DNA from: Eledone cirrhosa
Lineage: Eukaryota
DNA: 64,000 bases
Assembly (NCBI GenBank): GCA_964016885.1
Contig: OZ024745.1
Span: 8,742,001 to 8,806,000 of the forward strand
Direction of reading: 5' to 3'
The position numbers and the translations under genes are program-made. The notes beneath the pieces are model-generated. The model did no database searches and was not told the origin of the DNA. It saw only the letters and a program-made list of their open reading frames with translations. Positions 1 through 12,305 of the stretch are shown piece by piece; the stretch's first letter is position 1, and every line of letters begins with the position of its first letter.

Positions 1-60
1 AAACCTTTTCAGTTTTTTTATATGGGTTGTAGAATAAAAACTGTAAAAGTTTACATGTAC

Positions 61-131
61 CTCTCGACCAGGATTGAACTCAAGGACAGGATATCCACCG
101 TCTCTAGCACCTACCACTAGGCCACAGAGAC
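61..131 (-). mobile_element. tRNA-derived SINE head / tRNA-like pseudogene
   Basis: Minus strand reads GTCTCTGTGGCCTAGTGGTAGG...GAGTTCAATCCTGGTCGAGAG: Pol III A box (TGGCCTAGTGG) and B box (GAGTTCAATCC) at tRNA-like spacing, but no clean anticodon arm. Confidence 0.55.
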
Positions 132-382
132 AACTACGGAAATTTTATGAAAATTCATACTTATAAACATATCTATATTTTAACCTGCAATCCATGTTTC
201 ATTTCTGTTCCATCTCATTTCTCCCCTCCTCTCTTTCTCTCTCTCACTCTCTCAATCTCTCTCCGTCTCTCTCTTTCTCTCTGTAACATTTGAATTTACT
301 ATGATTTGAGCTTACCTTATTCCTATATATATGTTTTGTTTAGATTCAAAGTTACAAGGATTGGCATTATATATATATATAC

Positions 383-410
<28 letters not shown>

Positions 411-414
<4 letters not shown>

Positions 415-630
415 CAATATATTAACAAATGGAAACTATATTTATAAAACCATATTTATTTCATTATACATATTTCAAGGCCCTTGAAATATGTATAATG
501 AAATAAATATGGTTTTATAAATATAATTTCCATTTGTTAATATATTGTATATTTACTCCAATAATTTGTTGAGTGCTTTATTTATAAAAATATTTTGCTT
601 GTTGTATCCCAACAAATTAAATATAACCTC
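411..630. mobile_element. Fold-back (hairpin) PLE-terminus fragment between (TA)n runs
   Basis: Near-perfect ~70-bp inverted arms 411-480/482-551 centred on TTTCAAGG-C-CCTTGAAA. Same family as 3975-4090 and 24440-25703, which carry a full hammerhead. Confidence 0.8.
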
Positions 631-631
631 T

Positions 632-688
<57 letters not shown>

Positions 689-695
<7 letters not shown>

Positions 696-844
696 GTGAG
701 GTTTTTTTTACAAAATGAAAAATAACCGAGGTGTCCTACACGAGTGAAAGTATAAAGAAAAAAAGATGAAATCGAAAATGCAACTGGAGTCTTATTTTAA
801 AAAAAAATAAGACTCCAGTTGCATTTTCGATTTCATCTTTTTTT

Positions 845-851
<7 letters not shown>
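689..851. mobile_element. Fold-back repeat element between (TA)n runs
   Basis: Inverted arms ~751-798/804-851 (TATAAAGAAAAAAAGATGAAATCGAAAATGCAACTGGAGTCTTATTTT). A second, non-folded copy of the same sequence lies at 22846-22958. Confidence 0.75.
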
Positions 852-927
<76 letters not shown>

Positions 928-999
928 CATATATACATATATACAGTGGGGGACTAGGTCTAAAAATATTGGTTGCCCTCACACATTTATATACAATTA

Positions 1000-1580
1000 T
1001 CTATATCTATATATCTATAATATAAAAAATTTGAATTTCCAATATCCTTTTGAGAAACGTGGACCCGCTACTTCTATGCAATGGCACACACTCTACAGCC
1101 AGGAGGATGATAAACCATCTCCTAGAGGTCACTATTCTTGGAGACAATGATCAAGGAGAAAATGCATTTATTCCCAAGATTCCTCTTATCCCTTCCTCTA
1201 CTGAGCTGTTATTCAAATTCTCAAGACTTTAGTTCCCTGTTAGAACCAGTTTTGCTATGACCATAAAGAAAGCTCAGACCCAGAGTTTCAAAGTTGTATA
1301 ATTGAATACAAGGGAATAGCTTTTTACCCACGGACAGATAAATGTAGGTTGTTCACGAGTGGAAACACCTAGAAATCTTTATATACTATGGATGAACGGT
1401 AAAACGAAGAATCTGGTGCATCTGGAAGATTTTTTTTACTGTTTATTTTTTTGTAAAACACACACACCACGGTCTAGCCTCATACTGTAAACCAGACAAA
1501 CATCCAGTACAGTCATTTTCTCTTCTACCTATCTTCTCTTATCATCTGTTTACCCGGGCGAAGCTGGGTACGTCGGCTAG
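1000..1580 (+). mobile_element. Internally deleted non-autonomous Helitron
   Basis: A|TC(TATA) 5' end near 1000, 3' subterminal hairpin TACCCGGGCGAAGCTGGGTA (1551-1570), CTAG|T terminus at 1577-1580, and an internal Pif1-like helicase remnant. Confidence 0.8.
1047..1432 (+). pseudogene. Helitron Pif1-family helicase C-terminal fragment (degenerate)
   Basis: Translates as LRNVDP..LCNGT...IPKIPLIPS...FKFSRL*FPVRTSFAMTIKKAQTQS...FTHGQINVGCSRV, matching Helitron helicase motifs (LCNGT, QFPVRLAFAMTINKSQGQ, FSHGQLYVALSRV). Contains in-frame stops. Confidence 0.85.
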
Positions 1581-1819
1581 TATGATATATTATAGAGACA
1601 GCTTTAGGTTAAGTCATAATATAATATATTATATTATAGACAATTTTAGATTAAGTCATACTATAAGAATGTAATAGGGGTGGTTTGTGTCTTAACAGTA
1701 GAAGACATAAGGATAAATGGATCTACATCGGTATCGGCGACGAATGATTCCAGTTGTTCAGTCAACGGAACAGCCTACGTATTAACGTGTATGAATAAAT
1801 AAATATACTGGGTCATGAG

Positions 1820-1950
1820 AAAGCGAGGGGCTGTTGGTATCACGATCGTAAAGTCTTGAGTTCGATTTCTGGACCCATCAGCGTGTTGAGAAAGTCACTT
1901 TATTTCAGGTTGCTCCATTCTGCTTAACTAGAAAAAATGAGTTGCAACAA
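1820..1950 (+). mobile_element. Degenerate tRNA-derived SINE (family B)
   Basis: B-box-like GAGTTCGATTTCTGGACC followed by CACTTTATTTCAGGTTGCTCCA. A reverse-oriented relative lies at 43860-43972. Confidence 0.5.
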
Positions 1951-2297
1951 TACTGATGCTAAACTGTATAACGTATATGACAGGTGTACCGTTAACGTAA
2001 TTCTCAGGGAGATTCAACGTGACACAATGTGTGTCATGGTTTACCATGTCCATCTCATAGGCTTTCAAACAGTTTCTCACTGTCCAATTCCACAAGTCTT
2101 CGGTGAACCTCAGACTATGTTAAAAGATAGCCAACACACAGTGGAACCTTTATGGTAACCGAACATTCCGTCATCATAAACATATTCTTATCTAAAGACA
2201 AAACAAAACATACCTAAACAAAGAATTTGATATTTATGTTTATGTGAATGAGTATGCATGCATGTATGTATGTATTTATGTATGTATGTATGTATTT

Positions 2298-2903
2298 CAG
2301 GTCACCAGTTGGTGCTACTGGTAACATGTATCCCAGTACAACCTGTCCCATGGTCGGGTCGTTGGCGACTAAACTGGCAACCCCACCAAGGTTTCTTGGT
2401 GAGGAGGGTGACTTTGGACATCCTGCAGGACTAAAAACAAAAGCTGTCAAAGGGCAAAGGAGCTCTTAAGAGTCAATGGCCATCCAAAATCACCAGGAGA
2501 GATGACCCCTTAGCCTTTGTCAAGGCAGAATTCTAGGAGAAGGAAAACTCTGATATAACACCTGCAACTCTGATGGTATCCAATGATGTTGACTTGTTCT
2601 TCTTTTTGGTAAATATCATCTTGGTTAAGAGGGTGGGACTGGCTTTGTGCAGTGTCTTTGCTCACTATAAAAGCTTCACGGCACAGGCATTGCTTTATAT
2701 CTGGAGATCTCTCTGCACTTGTCGACACATGGTACCATGGGCCCAACACTATGTGTCAATAATTGTCACAAGTGTAGTGTTTGTACCAGAGTTTTCAAGT
2801 CGTTGGCTGGACTAAAAAGTCACACTCGTTCAGCGCATCGGTAGGAGTTCTCCTACATAGATATAAAGTAGTGGCCGTACTCGATAACGAGTTGGCAGTC
2901 ACC
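2298..2903. mobile_element. Insertion flanked by duplicated TATG-rich target; contains RTE-like 5'UTR motif
   Basis: Both sides carry ATGTATGTATTTATGTATGTATGTATGT. The internal CTAGGAGAAGGAAAACTCTGAT resembles RTE LINE 5' regions (from memory). Confidence 0.4.
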
Positions 2904-3039
2904 ATGTATGTATTTATGTATGTATGTATGTTCTTCTGGTTTTATAATTTCACAAATTTTTACCAATAGAGAGAGCGTCGGTTTCTAACATAGACACAAG
3001 ACTCTCCCATTGGAATTTACACAGCACCAACTAGGTAGA

Positions 3040-3477
3040 TATGTATGTATGTCTGCATGCATGTGTAGATATGGATGTTATTGTATGTGTGGATGTGGAT
3101 GTTTTGAGTTGTATGTGTGCATGTGTATATGCTTTGCATCTGTACATGTGTATATGCAGTTATTAGATGCAACATTTTTGGAATGTCTTACATATTTTTA
3201 CTGTTCCATTAATGGATTGTACTTGTATTTCCTAACTAGTTGTGTTCTTTCTGTTCCTGTGAAGCCCAGCTTCTCAAGATTTGTATTGAGGCAGTTACTA
3301 ACATACCCCAGTGCCCCAATAATCACAGGCATAAATCTGAAGGTGTAATCAGGGTGGAGTATCTGCAGATTTCTCATCAGTTCTGCATAAATGTTCTCCT
3401 TTTCACTAATCTTTGATATTATATTGGTATCTGCTGGGCAGCTAATTTCCACTACTGTGCATGCTTTCTTCTCCCTG
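3040..3477 (-). mobile_element. 3' fragment of an R4/Dong-like LINE (restriction-like endonuclease) in a (TATG)n tract
   Basis: Minus-strand peptide [16 protein letters not shown]...EKENIYAEL...FMPVIIGALG matches the RLE C-terminus (compare LIVDVACPFD..EK..RY.DL..IPIVIGALG at 34736-35311). Flanked by (TATG)n. Confidence 0.75.
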
Positions 3478-3559
3478 TATGTATGTATGTATGTATGTAT
3501 GTATGTATGTATGTATGTATGTATGTATGTATGTATGTATGTATGTATGTATGTATGTA

Positions 3560-3611
<52 letters not shown>

Positions 3612-3613
<2 letters not shown>

Positions 3614-3898
3614 TATAGAATAGCTTCTACAGGACTAGAACTGTTTCATTCGTGAGAAATCACCAGGAAGCTCCTATACATACATGCACACACATCAGGA
3701 AGCTCCTGATGATTTCTCACGAATGAAACAGTTCTAGTCCTGTAGAAGCTCTTCTATAATAAAACATTTATACTCTACTATGTATTTTGTACCTTACTTA
3801 TTGTGGTTACCTCCGATTCACCCCCCCCCTACACACACTCTCAAGAGCGTGAAACGTTTGTTTGTACTGCCTCTCTTTTTTGTTCCCGTTCCAGTTTT

Positions 3899-3900
<2 letters not shown>
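3612..3900 (+). mobile_element. PLE terminal (pLTR-like) unit with inverted partial copy, between (TA)n runs
   Basis: 3622-3672 is the reverse complement of 3701-3750, both spanning a hammerhead. AATAAA follows at ~3758. Confidence 0.75.
3701..3750 (+). ncRNA. Type I hammerhead ribozyme
   Basis: AGCT(T)C CTGATGA TTTC-TCAC-GAAT GAAA CAG-TTCTAGTC-CTG TA^ GAAGCT: intact core, stems I-III, GUA cleavage triplet. Confidence 0.8.
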
Positions 3901-3968
<68 letters not shown>

Positions 3969-4011
3969 CAAAGATATTAATAAATGGAAACTATATTTAT
4001 AAAACCAAATT

Positions 4012-4072
4012 TATTTTATTATATATATTTCAAGGGTACCAACATTTTGGTACGCTCTCATCAGATAAAATA
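4012..4072 (-). ncRNA. Type I hammerhead ribozyme (PLE-type, palindromic stem III)
   Basis: Minus strand: TATTTTAT CTGATGA GAGCGTACCAA-AATG-TTGGTACCCTT GAAA TATATA TA^ ATAAAATA. Confidence 0.8.
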
Positions 4073-4269
4073 CAAAATTTGTTTTATAAATGTTGACATA
4101 ACCAAGAAACCAGACCTTATCGGTTCAGGTTCAGTTTGGATACAAATATATGTGTGCGTGTGTATATATATATATATATATATACACACACATATTTGTA
4201 TGTGTGTGTGTATATATATATTTGTGCGTGTATACATACTCACATACATACATACATGCACACACACAG

Positions 4270-4331
<62 letters not shown>

Positions 4332-4512
4332 CTGAAGACAGCATATATATGTGTAGGTATGTATATTCCCTCTGATAGTTTGTAAAAATTTTACATAGAT
4401 CTATATGATATACATACCAACACAAACATATATATCCTAGAAACGATCGTAAAATGATGAATTTTTTAATATAAGGAACTGTTTCTTTGTTTTTATTCAT
4501 TATTTTTATTAA

Positions 4513-4550
<38 letters not shown>

Positions 4551-4553
<3 letters not shown>

Positions 4554-4656
4554 TGCGTGTGTTTCTTATTGGCAACATCACCCTCCCAAAGTATAACAAT
4601 ATCGGTTTCAACACACGTTTTCAGATAAAGAATCTTGCTAAACAAATTCAGAAACG

Positions 4657-4660
<4 letters not shown>
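4551..4660 (-). mobile_element. Short PLE-terminus-like fragment with degenerate hammerhead
   Basis: Shares GTGCGTGTGTTTCTTATTGGCAACAT..C.CTCCCAAAGTATAAC with 19850-19895 and the 27500-27600 family. Minus strand has CTGAAAA..GAAACCGATA. Confidence 0.45.
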
Positions 4661-4713
<53 letters not shown>

Positions 4714-4747
4714 TTACAATAATCAAAGTTCAGTTTAAGTCATTTAT

Positions 4748-4796
4748 TTGCTTACAATTGTTTCCTCCAAACCGAGGTTTGGATTCTTCGGAGCAA
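4748..4796 (-). ncRNA. Type I hammerhead ribozyme (CCGAAGA core variant)
   Basis: Minus strand: TTGCT CCGAAGA ATCCAAACC-TC-GGTTTGGAG GAAA CAATTG TA^ AGCAA, immediately followed by AATAAA. Confidence 0.75.
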
Positions 4797-6317
4797 CTAT
4801 TTACTGATCTATAACATACTTGACCTCCTTTTCAACCCAAGAGACACATAAAACATATGCGCATATTGATCAACAGTGAGGTGACATTCATCAAATGATA
4901 TAGCATGGCAATTTACATATAAAGGTTGCAGGATAAAAATAAAAACAAGAATGAAAATAAAGACAAACATGAAGCGTTGGCAGTCTATGAAGATAAAGCA
5001 AGAGGAAAGTTTAGAGTAGTCAGTGTATGAAACAATCTCACGTGTAGCATGCACGCGTGTCTTATTTATACATGATTAGAGTGCGTCAGAATGATATTTG
5101 CAGGGTCAGGCAGTTGAAGCAGGCAATCGATCTTATTATGTGGGCTGAATTATTAAGTCATTTATTCTCATACATCTGTATGATATACAGTCTCGGATGC
5201 AGGGGAACACCGAAATATCAAAAACTTTCAACATACTATAAACCTTATTGTATCGTAGGCAAAGCCGTACCACTGTCTTCGCTCACACCACCACTCACAT
5301 AATCCATGAGACGCAATATATATAGAGAACACGTGTCTATCGTATAATTCGCGGTGGTTCAGCATATAATCAAGCTATAAACCGTATCCAGTCGGTTCTT
5401 AATTAATAGATCATGCTGTCCAGATTCCGGAAGTGTCTGAATGACTAAGGGGAATTAATGCGTAAGGGGAGGTAACTAGCTAGTTATCTTAGTTAAATTA
5501 CTATCCTAAACTACATTAATGGTGATTCAAATACGTGCCTATCATATGAAGTTATAACTAATTTCTAGAGTATGTCACCCATTTATAGGTTAGAGAGTTG
5601 TCCATTAAGAAGTACAAGGGTGTATATATTAGGATGATTACCATCCATTAAGGGGTGTCATATCTGAACGTTCTATAAGAGGAGTCAGACTCTCAAGTCA
5701 CTGTTCCATGCAAATGTAATATAACAGTAGGACCTGGTATGGTCCCACTATTATATATGCCACCCGGTAGGCTCCGGGTCATTGCATGTCTGAATCTCCA
5801 GTAAATCTTCGGTATGGTCCGGAGATCCAATCTCTCATATAAAGGCACTAGTCTGGTCATCAAGCAATAGACAACCCCCGTCTCATATATAAATCAAATT
5901 AGTATCACATCTACAAGCTAGAGTGGAGTCTATTAATAGGTACTAAAGGAGTTCACATCAAGATGATTACGTGCATAATTCATTGAACTGATCGTTTACA
6001 GTATATATTCACATAACAATACGATTATCTATCTAATCATCAATCTATCTCTTGGTGGGAATCCATGCACAGGACTATGTTATCGCAACCAGTACCGTGT
6101 CCCCAGTTTATACTAATCTTATATTTGTGCAATGCAGAATAAGTAGTCCACGGTCGAGATATCAGAATTAGAGGTACAAGGGGGTATTCCCAGGGTAGGT
6201 GGTACTAAAATGCTGTCAGTATTATCTTTAGAGTATAGAGATGGGTGTGGATGTGAGGTATAAGGTGTGCTACTGATGTTAATTGCTAGGGGTGGTGCCG
6301 GTTCCAGTCTGACATTA

Positions 6318-7139
6318 TTATATATAGGGTTTAAAGTTTTGGAACGAGTGTCGGAAGCGGTGTTGGCAAGTTGCGAACACTTCTGATTTTTTATTAAGGA
6401 GATTATGTTTAGAGAAGATGATAGTATGGGTCTCTAGTAGACAGAGGTTACAAAATTTATCAGGTGGTTTGTACGATGTTGCACTACCTACCACTTCCCA
6501 TTTAAGTGTATATATTTTATTTTTAGTTTTTAGATAGTGTATGTAGCTAGATAGTGAAGTGGAGTTGGCTAGACTGTGTTTTTTGAAAGAGTGGAGGTGC
6601 GAATTGTATCTAGTTTTGAAGCAGTTAGAAGTGGAGCCTATGTAGGTTTCAGAAGAGCTGCTAGTTGTGACTGTACATGAGTATATGATATCCTTGGTTA
6701 AGCATTTTTTATCTAAAGGGCAGGTTCTACTTAATCTACAGTTACAATTACTCTGGGTGCTAGTCTGCCGGTTACTATGCTGTGTAGAAGTTTGGATGTT
6801 AGCTATAGGGTTATGTGGGTTGTGGTACGCAGCGTTAATGTTTACACTAGTGCTATTACTATTATTTCCATTGATATTACGGTTATTTGTTATAATGTTA
6901 CTTTGACTGTTATTTTGAATGTTATTTTGAAGGTTTATCGACCGTTGTGATTTAGTTTGTTGGAAGTAAGAATTAATTTTTCTTTTATTTGTACTAGCTA
7001 TGTGGTATGCTAAGTTAGGCGTAGTAGAGTATGAGATCTTAATAGTGTTTTTGTTTAAAAGGCCGTGGTACCTGTGGCCGGATGGGAAGTGTTTATCTAG
7101 TAGTGAGAAGAAAGCCCTAGGAAGGTTGGTAGAGACGTT
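6318..7139 (-). CDS. PLE polyprotein C-terminus: linker plus GIY-YIG endonuclease (5'-truncated, no start codon, missed by the ORF track)
   Basis: My translation gives a 274-codon open frame: [43 protein letters not shown]...[24 protein letters not shown]...[16 protein letters not shown]...LKWEVVG...CNLCLLE...LLNKKSE...CQHR. Homologous to 21168-22184. Confidence 0.88.
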   Translation of the reverse strand, partial: NVSTNLPRAFFSLLDKHFPSGHRYHGLLNKNTIKISYSTTPNLAYHIASTNKRKINSYFQQTKSQRSINLQNNIQNNSQSNIITNNRNINGNNSNSTSVNINAAYHNPHNPIANIQTSTQHSNRQTSTQSNCNCRLSRTCPLDKKCLTKDIIYSCTVTTSSSSETYIGSTSNCFKTRYNSHLHSFKKHSLANSTSLSSYIHYLKTKNKIYTLKWEVVGSATSYKPPDKFCNLCLLETHTIIFSKHNLLNKKSEVFATCQHRFRHSFQNFKPYI

Positions 7140-7147
7140 TAAATTGA

Positions 7148-8930
<1,783 letters not shown>

Positions 8931-9589
8931 ACTGTTATTTGTTTTTCTTCTTGTTATCGCTCATTTAGTTTATTGCATCTCCTGGTTCTCCTTCATTTTA
9001 ATCTCCTTCTTTTGTCCATTGTTTTCTGCCAACGAAACTTGTCTGTCTAAAGAGTTAACAACCCTATAATGAGCAGCCATTACCTTTTGGGGGCCTTTTT
9101 TTATGCGTTTTATTTCCACTTTCTTCGTCTTTTCTTTTAAAGTCACACGCAAATAAAATACACAACAAATATATATATATAGCAAATAAAATACACAACA
9201 AATAAAGTATATAGCAAATATATATATAGCAAATAAATATATAGCAAATATATATATAGCAAATAAAGATATAGCAAATATATATATAACAAATAAAAAA
9301 GAAAAAAAGAAAAAGAAGTAAATAAAAGAAGTGTAATATGAAGGAGACGATTTCGAATTGATAGAAGCTGTTAGAAGTCTAATTGGTATTTGGTGAGAAG
9401 TTATTGTTTGAGAAGGAGAGATTAATTGGCTCAAACTGCTGATTCGTGTTGAAGGCATGTTATGGCTGTGAAGTGATCGGAAATATTAAACACTTACAGT
9501 TGTTGTAAATGTTCTACGATATCGATAACAAATTTGTTTGTAAACGATAAACTACTTTAATCATTATCAATATTATTATTGGTGCAGAA

Positions 9590-9760
9590 AACGGTGGGGG
9601 CGGGGGTAGTAATCGGTAGAGCGTCGCGCAACATGCTTTGCCTTTCTTCCTTACAGTGTAGATAAAATAAAGTACAGTAACGCACTGGGGTGAGATTTAA
9701 TTGACTTTTCCTATTTTCTTGAAATTGCTGGCCTTGTACCAAAATTAGAAACAATATTAT
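9590..9760 (+). mobile_element. tRNA-derived SINE (family A), degenerate
   Basis: AGAATCGGTAGAGC-like head, GATAAAATAAAGTAC core and GCTGGCCTTGTACCAAAATTAGAAAC tail shared with other copies. Confidence 0.6.
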
Positions 9761-9772
9761 TCGTTTAGAAAA

Positions 9773-10000
9773 TGGTGGTGGTTTGACAGAATTGGTAGAG
9801 CGCCAGACAAAATATCATTGCGGTATTTCTTGTGGCTTTTTATGTTCTGAGTTCAAATCCTGCTGACTTCAGTTTTGCATTTCATTCTTCCGGAAGATGA
9901 AATAAAGTACTAGTCATGTACTAGGGTCGATGTAATCGACTCTATCCTGCCCCTCAGATTGTTGACTTTGTGCCTAAATTATAAATCTATATTATTATTT
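9773..10000 (+). mobile_element. tRNA-derived SINE (family A)
   Basis: A box TGACAGAATTGGTAG, B box GAGTTCAAATCC, core AATAAAGTACTAGTC..GGGTCGATGTAATCGACT, (ATT)n tail. Confidence 0.75.
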
Positions 10001-10364
10001 GAGGGGGGGGGGGGGCAGAATCGATAGAGCATCGGAGACGAAATACTCTGCAGTATTTAGTTACGACTTTCAACTTTCAAATCGCAGAACCTAGTGGGAT
10101 GAAACTAAATGTTGAAATCTTAGCGTCTCAGTGCCCAGATGTAAACACACTTTTGGGGCCCCATATTAATTAACAGTTATAGTAGTTCAGAAAAACATTT
10201 GCACTTATTTACATCTGCACTCGGGGCGATTGTCTCCTTCACCCACTGTTGTTGAAAGCCTTTAGAATGGTGTTCTCTAGGTCAACGATCTTACTTGTAT
10301 TGTTATATTAATAACTCCTTAGGTAAGATGTCAATTGTGAAACGGAGAATTATATACTACATTG

Positions 10365-10895
10365 AATTGACTTCACTACTTAATTGGTACTTATTTTATC
10401 GATCCACAAAGGATCAAAGCTAAAGTGAATGCCGTAAGAATTTGAACTAGGATGGATGGAACTAAATACTTGGTTCTTTCTACCGACTTATTCGTCATTT
10501 ATTCATATCATAATTATATAATAAAGATTTCTAGCTCCGATACAAAACAGAGAAATCTATATTACTTGAATATCGATTATTCTATGAACCCTGAGGGAAA
10601 GAAAGGTGAAGTCAACTTCAGTGATATTTGATCCCAGAACTTCAGTAAATTGCAAAGCATTTGTCCGACACTCTACCGAGCCCGCTATTTACCATACTAA
10701 ATAATTGTTTCTGATTTAGGCATACGACCAACAATTTTTGGGTAAGGGGCAAGTCGTTTAAATTGAGCCCAGTGCATTATTAGTGTTTTATTTGTCGATC
10801 CCGTAAGGATAAAAGGCAAAGCTAACTCCGGTGGGATTTGAACTCAGAACGAAACTATATGCCGCACCGCATGTTGTCCGGCGCTCTACCGATCC
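10365..10895 (-). mobile_element. Three reverse-oriented family A SINE copies/fragments
   Basis: Repeated GGTACTTATTTTATCGA..AAAGG..AAAG..GATTTGAACTCAGAAC..CTCTACCGA at ~10365-10470, 10560-10690 and 10705-10895. Confidence 0.65.
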
Positions 10896-11594
10896 TAGTC
10901 CCCTACAGCGGAGGAACCCCACCAGCGACGGCCGTAGTAATTTATTTGTGCCCTCAGTTGAGCTTTTTAGTTTTAGGTTAGAATTTTAGAATTTAATACC
11001 TGTATGTATAACTTTTCAATTCCAATTACTTGTATCAATGTAAAATTGGAGGGCTTGCTAATTTTTTGTGTATGTGGGGCCCCCAAATCCGAAGTGCATC
11101 CCTCCCCCAGGTCTAAATCCAATTCTGGTTGTTTTGTTGGAGCTGGTGTAATAAAGCGCCAGTTTCAACAGAAGAAGGGAGGTAGGTGTAAAAGCCGGAT
11201 TTGCTATTTTCAATTCGATGTTCGTGCCTATGGCCTTCATTCTTGATCACAAGTGATCGAAATGAAGTAACGTTGTCCGATTGCTTGCAGTAAAGTGAGA
11301 TCTGTCAAAGATAGCTAAGAGCCAATTGGTGGTATTAAACCGGACGATGTCAATGAGGGAAGAGTAGCACCCACGATACTTTATTTTTCCAAGGCCTTTG
11401 TGATTAGTGAGGTCGGGGCTAAATGATTACAACAGAGTGTTAAAGGTGCTCAAGGTGAAGGTGGTGTCGTTAAACAGGATCACAGACGTCTTCCCCCCCA
11501 AAAACTAAACATAGAATGTAAAGAACTAAAATAGATACCGTTAAGAATGTCGTTCAGTATTTTATCAATTCCACCAATCCACCATTCTCTGTTA

Positions 11595-11680
11595 GTTTTT
11601 TATTTTATCGATGTTGAGAGGATAAAAGGTAAAGTTGACCTTGACCCCATTTGAACTCAGAACTCAGAATACTGCAATGT
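11595..11680 (-). mobile_element. Family A SINE fragment
   Basis: TATTTTATCGA..GGATAAAAGGTAAAGTTGACC..ATTTGAACTCAGAAC. Confidence 0.5.
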
Positions 11681-11724
11681 ATTGACTCTAATGACACGTG
11701 TTAGTTATGGTGGCATTACCAGAA

Positions 11725-12305
11725 CTGGACCCTGTACAGAAGGCACCTGAAGCAGCTGGAACGGTTCCACGTGCGCAGCCTGCAGTCAATCATGAACATC
11801 AAATGGCAGGACAAGGTCTCCAACCTCGAAGTTCTTGACATGGCTGAGACAACCAGTGTCGAAGCTATGATACTGAAGAGCCGACTTCAATGGGTGGGAC
11901 ATGTCATCCGGATGGAGGGTCACAGGCTTCCGAAGCAACTGATGTATGGGGGACTCTGTTCGGGGAAATGAAAGTGGGGCAGGCCTCTCAAGAGGTTCAA
12001 AGACTGTGTGAAGTCCAGCATCAACAACACTGGAATCGCCCCAAAACAACTCGAGTCCCATGCTCAGGACAGGACTGAGTGGCGAGCCCTTACCAGACGC
12101 GCCAAAGACTCTTTTGAAGAGAAGAGACGGACAGAGGTCACTGAGGCTCGTGAAAGGAGGAGAAAGGCATCAGCAGCTGCCCCAAGCGACTCCGGTCTCT
12201 TCCCCTGCCCCGGATCTGCAAGTCAAGGATCGGCCTCCACAGCCACCTTCGCGCCCACGGCAGACGGGAACAACAATGAAGAGATGTCATCATCGTTTAC
12301 GACAA
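11725..12305 (+). mobile_element. RTE-clade LINE 3' fragment (post-RT region), degenerate
   Basis: Peptide WTLYRRHLKQLERFH.RSL..IMNIKWQDKVSNLEVL...RLQWVGHVIRM...RLPKQLMYG.L..G*.WGRP.KRFKD...AQDR.EWR, typical of RTE/BovB. A 30-bp direct repeat lies at 11695-11724 and 12337-12366. Confidence 0.85.

Larger units (their letters stand above)
4711..7147 (-). mobile_element. 5'-truncated Penelope-like retroelement inserted in (TA)n
   Basis: (TA)n on both sides, a GIY-YIG coding region (6318-7139), ~1.5 kb 3' non-coding region, then a hammerhead (4748-4796) and AATAAA at the 3' end. Confidence 0.85.

Noticed and set aside
61-131. Functional tRNA gene
   Set aside because: A and B boxes are present but the acceptor and anticodon stems do not pair properly; more likely a SINE head.
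4368-4455. Hammerhead at CTGATAG...GAAACGATCGTA
   Set aside because: The core is altered and stems I and II could not be paired; at most a decayed relative of 17138-17260.
9330-9560. Possible host exon on the minus strand (GTAAGTG donor-like site at ~9492-9498; Ser-rich ORF start)
   Set aside because: No consistent acceptor/donor pair or recognisable protein, and the ORF runs into low-complexity sequence.
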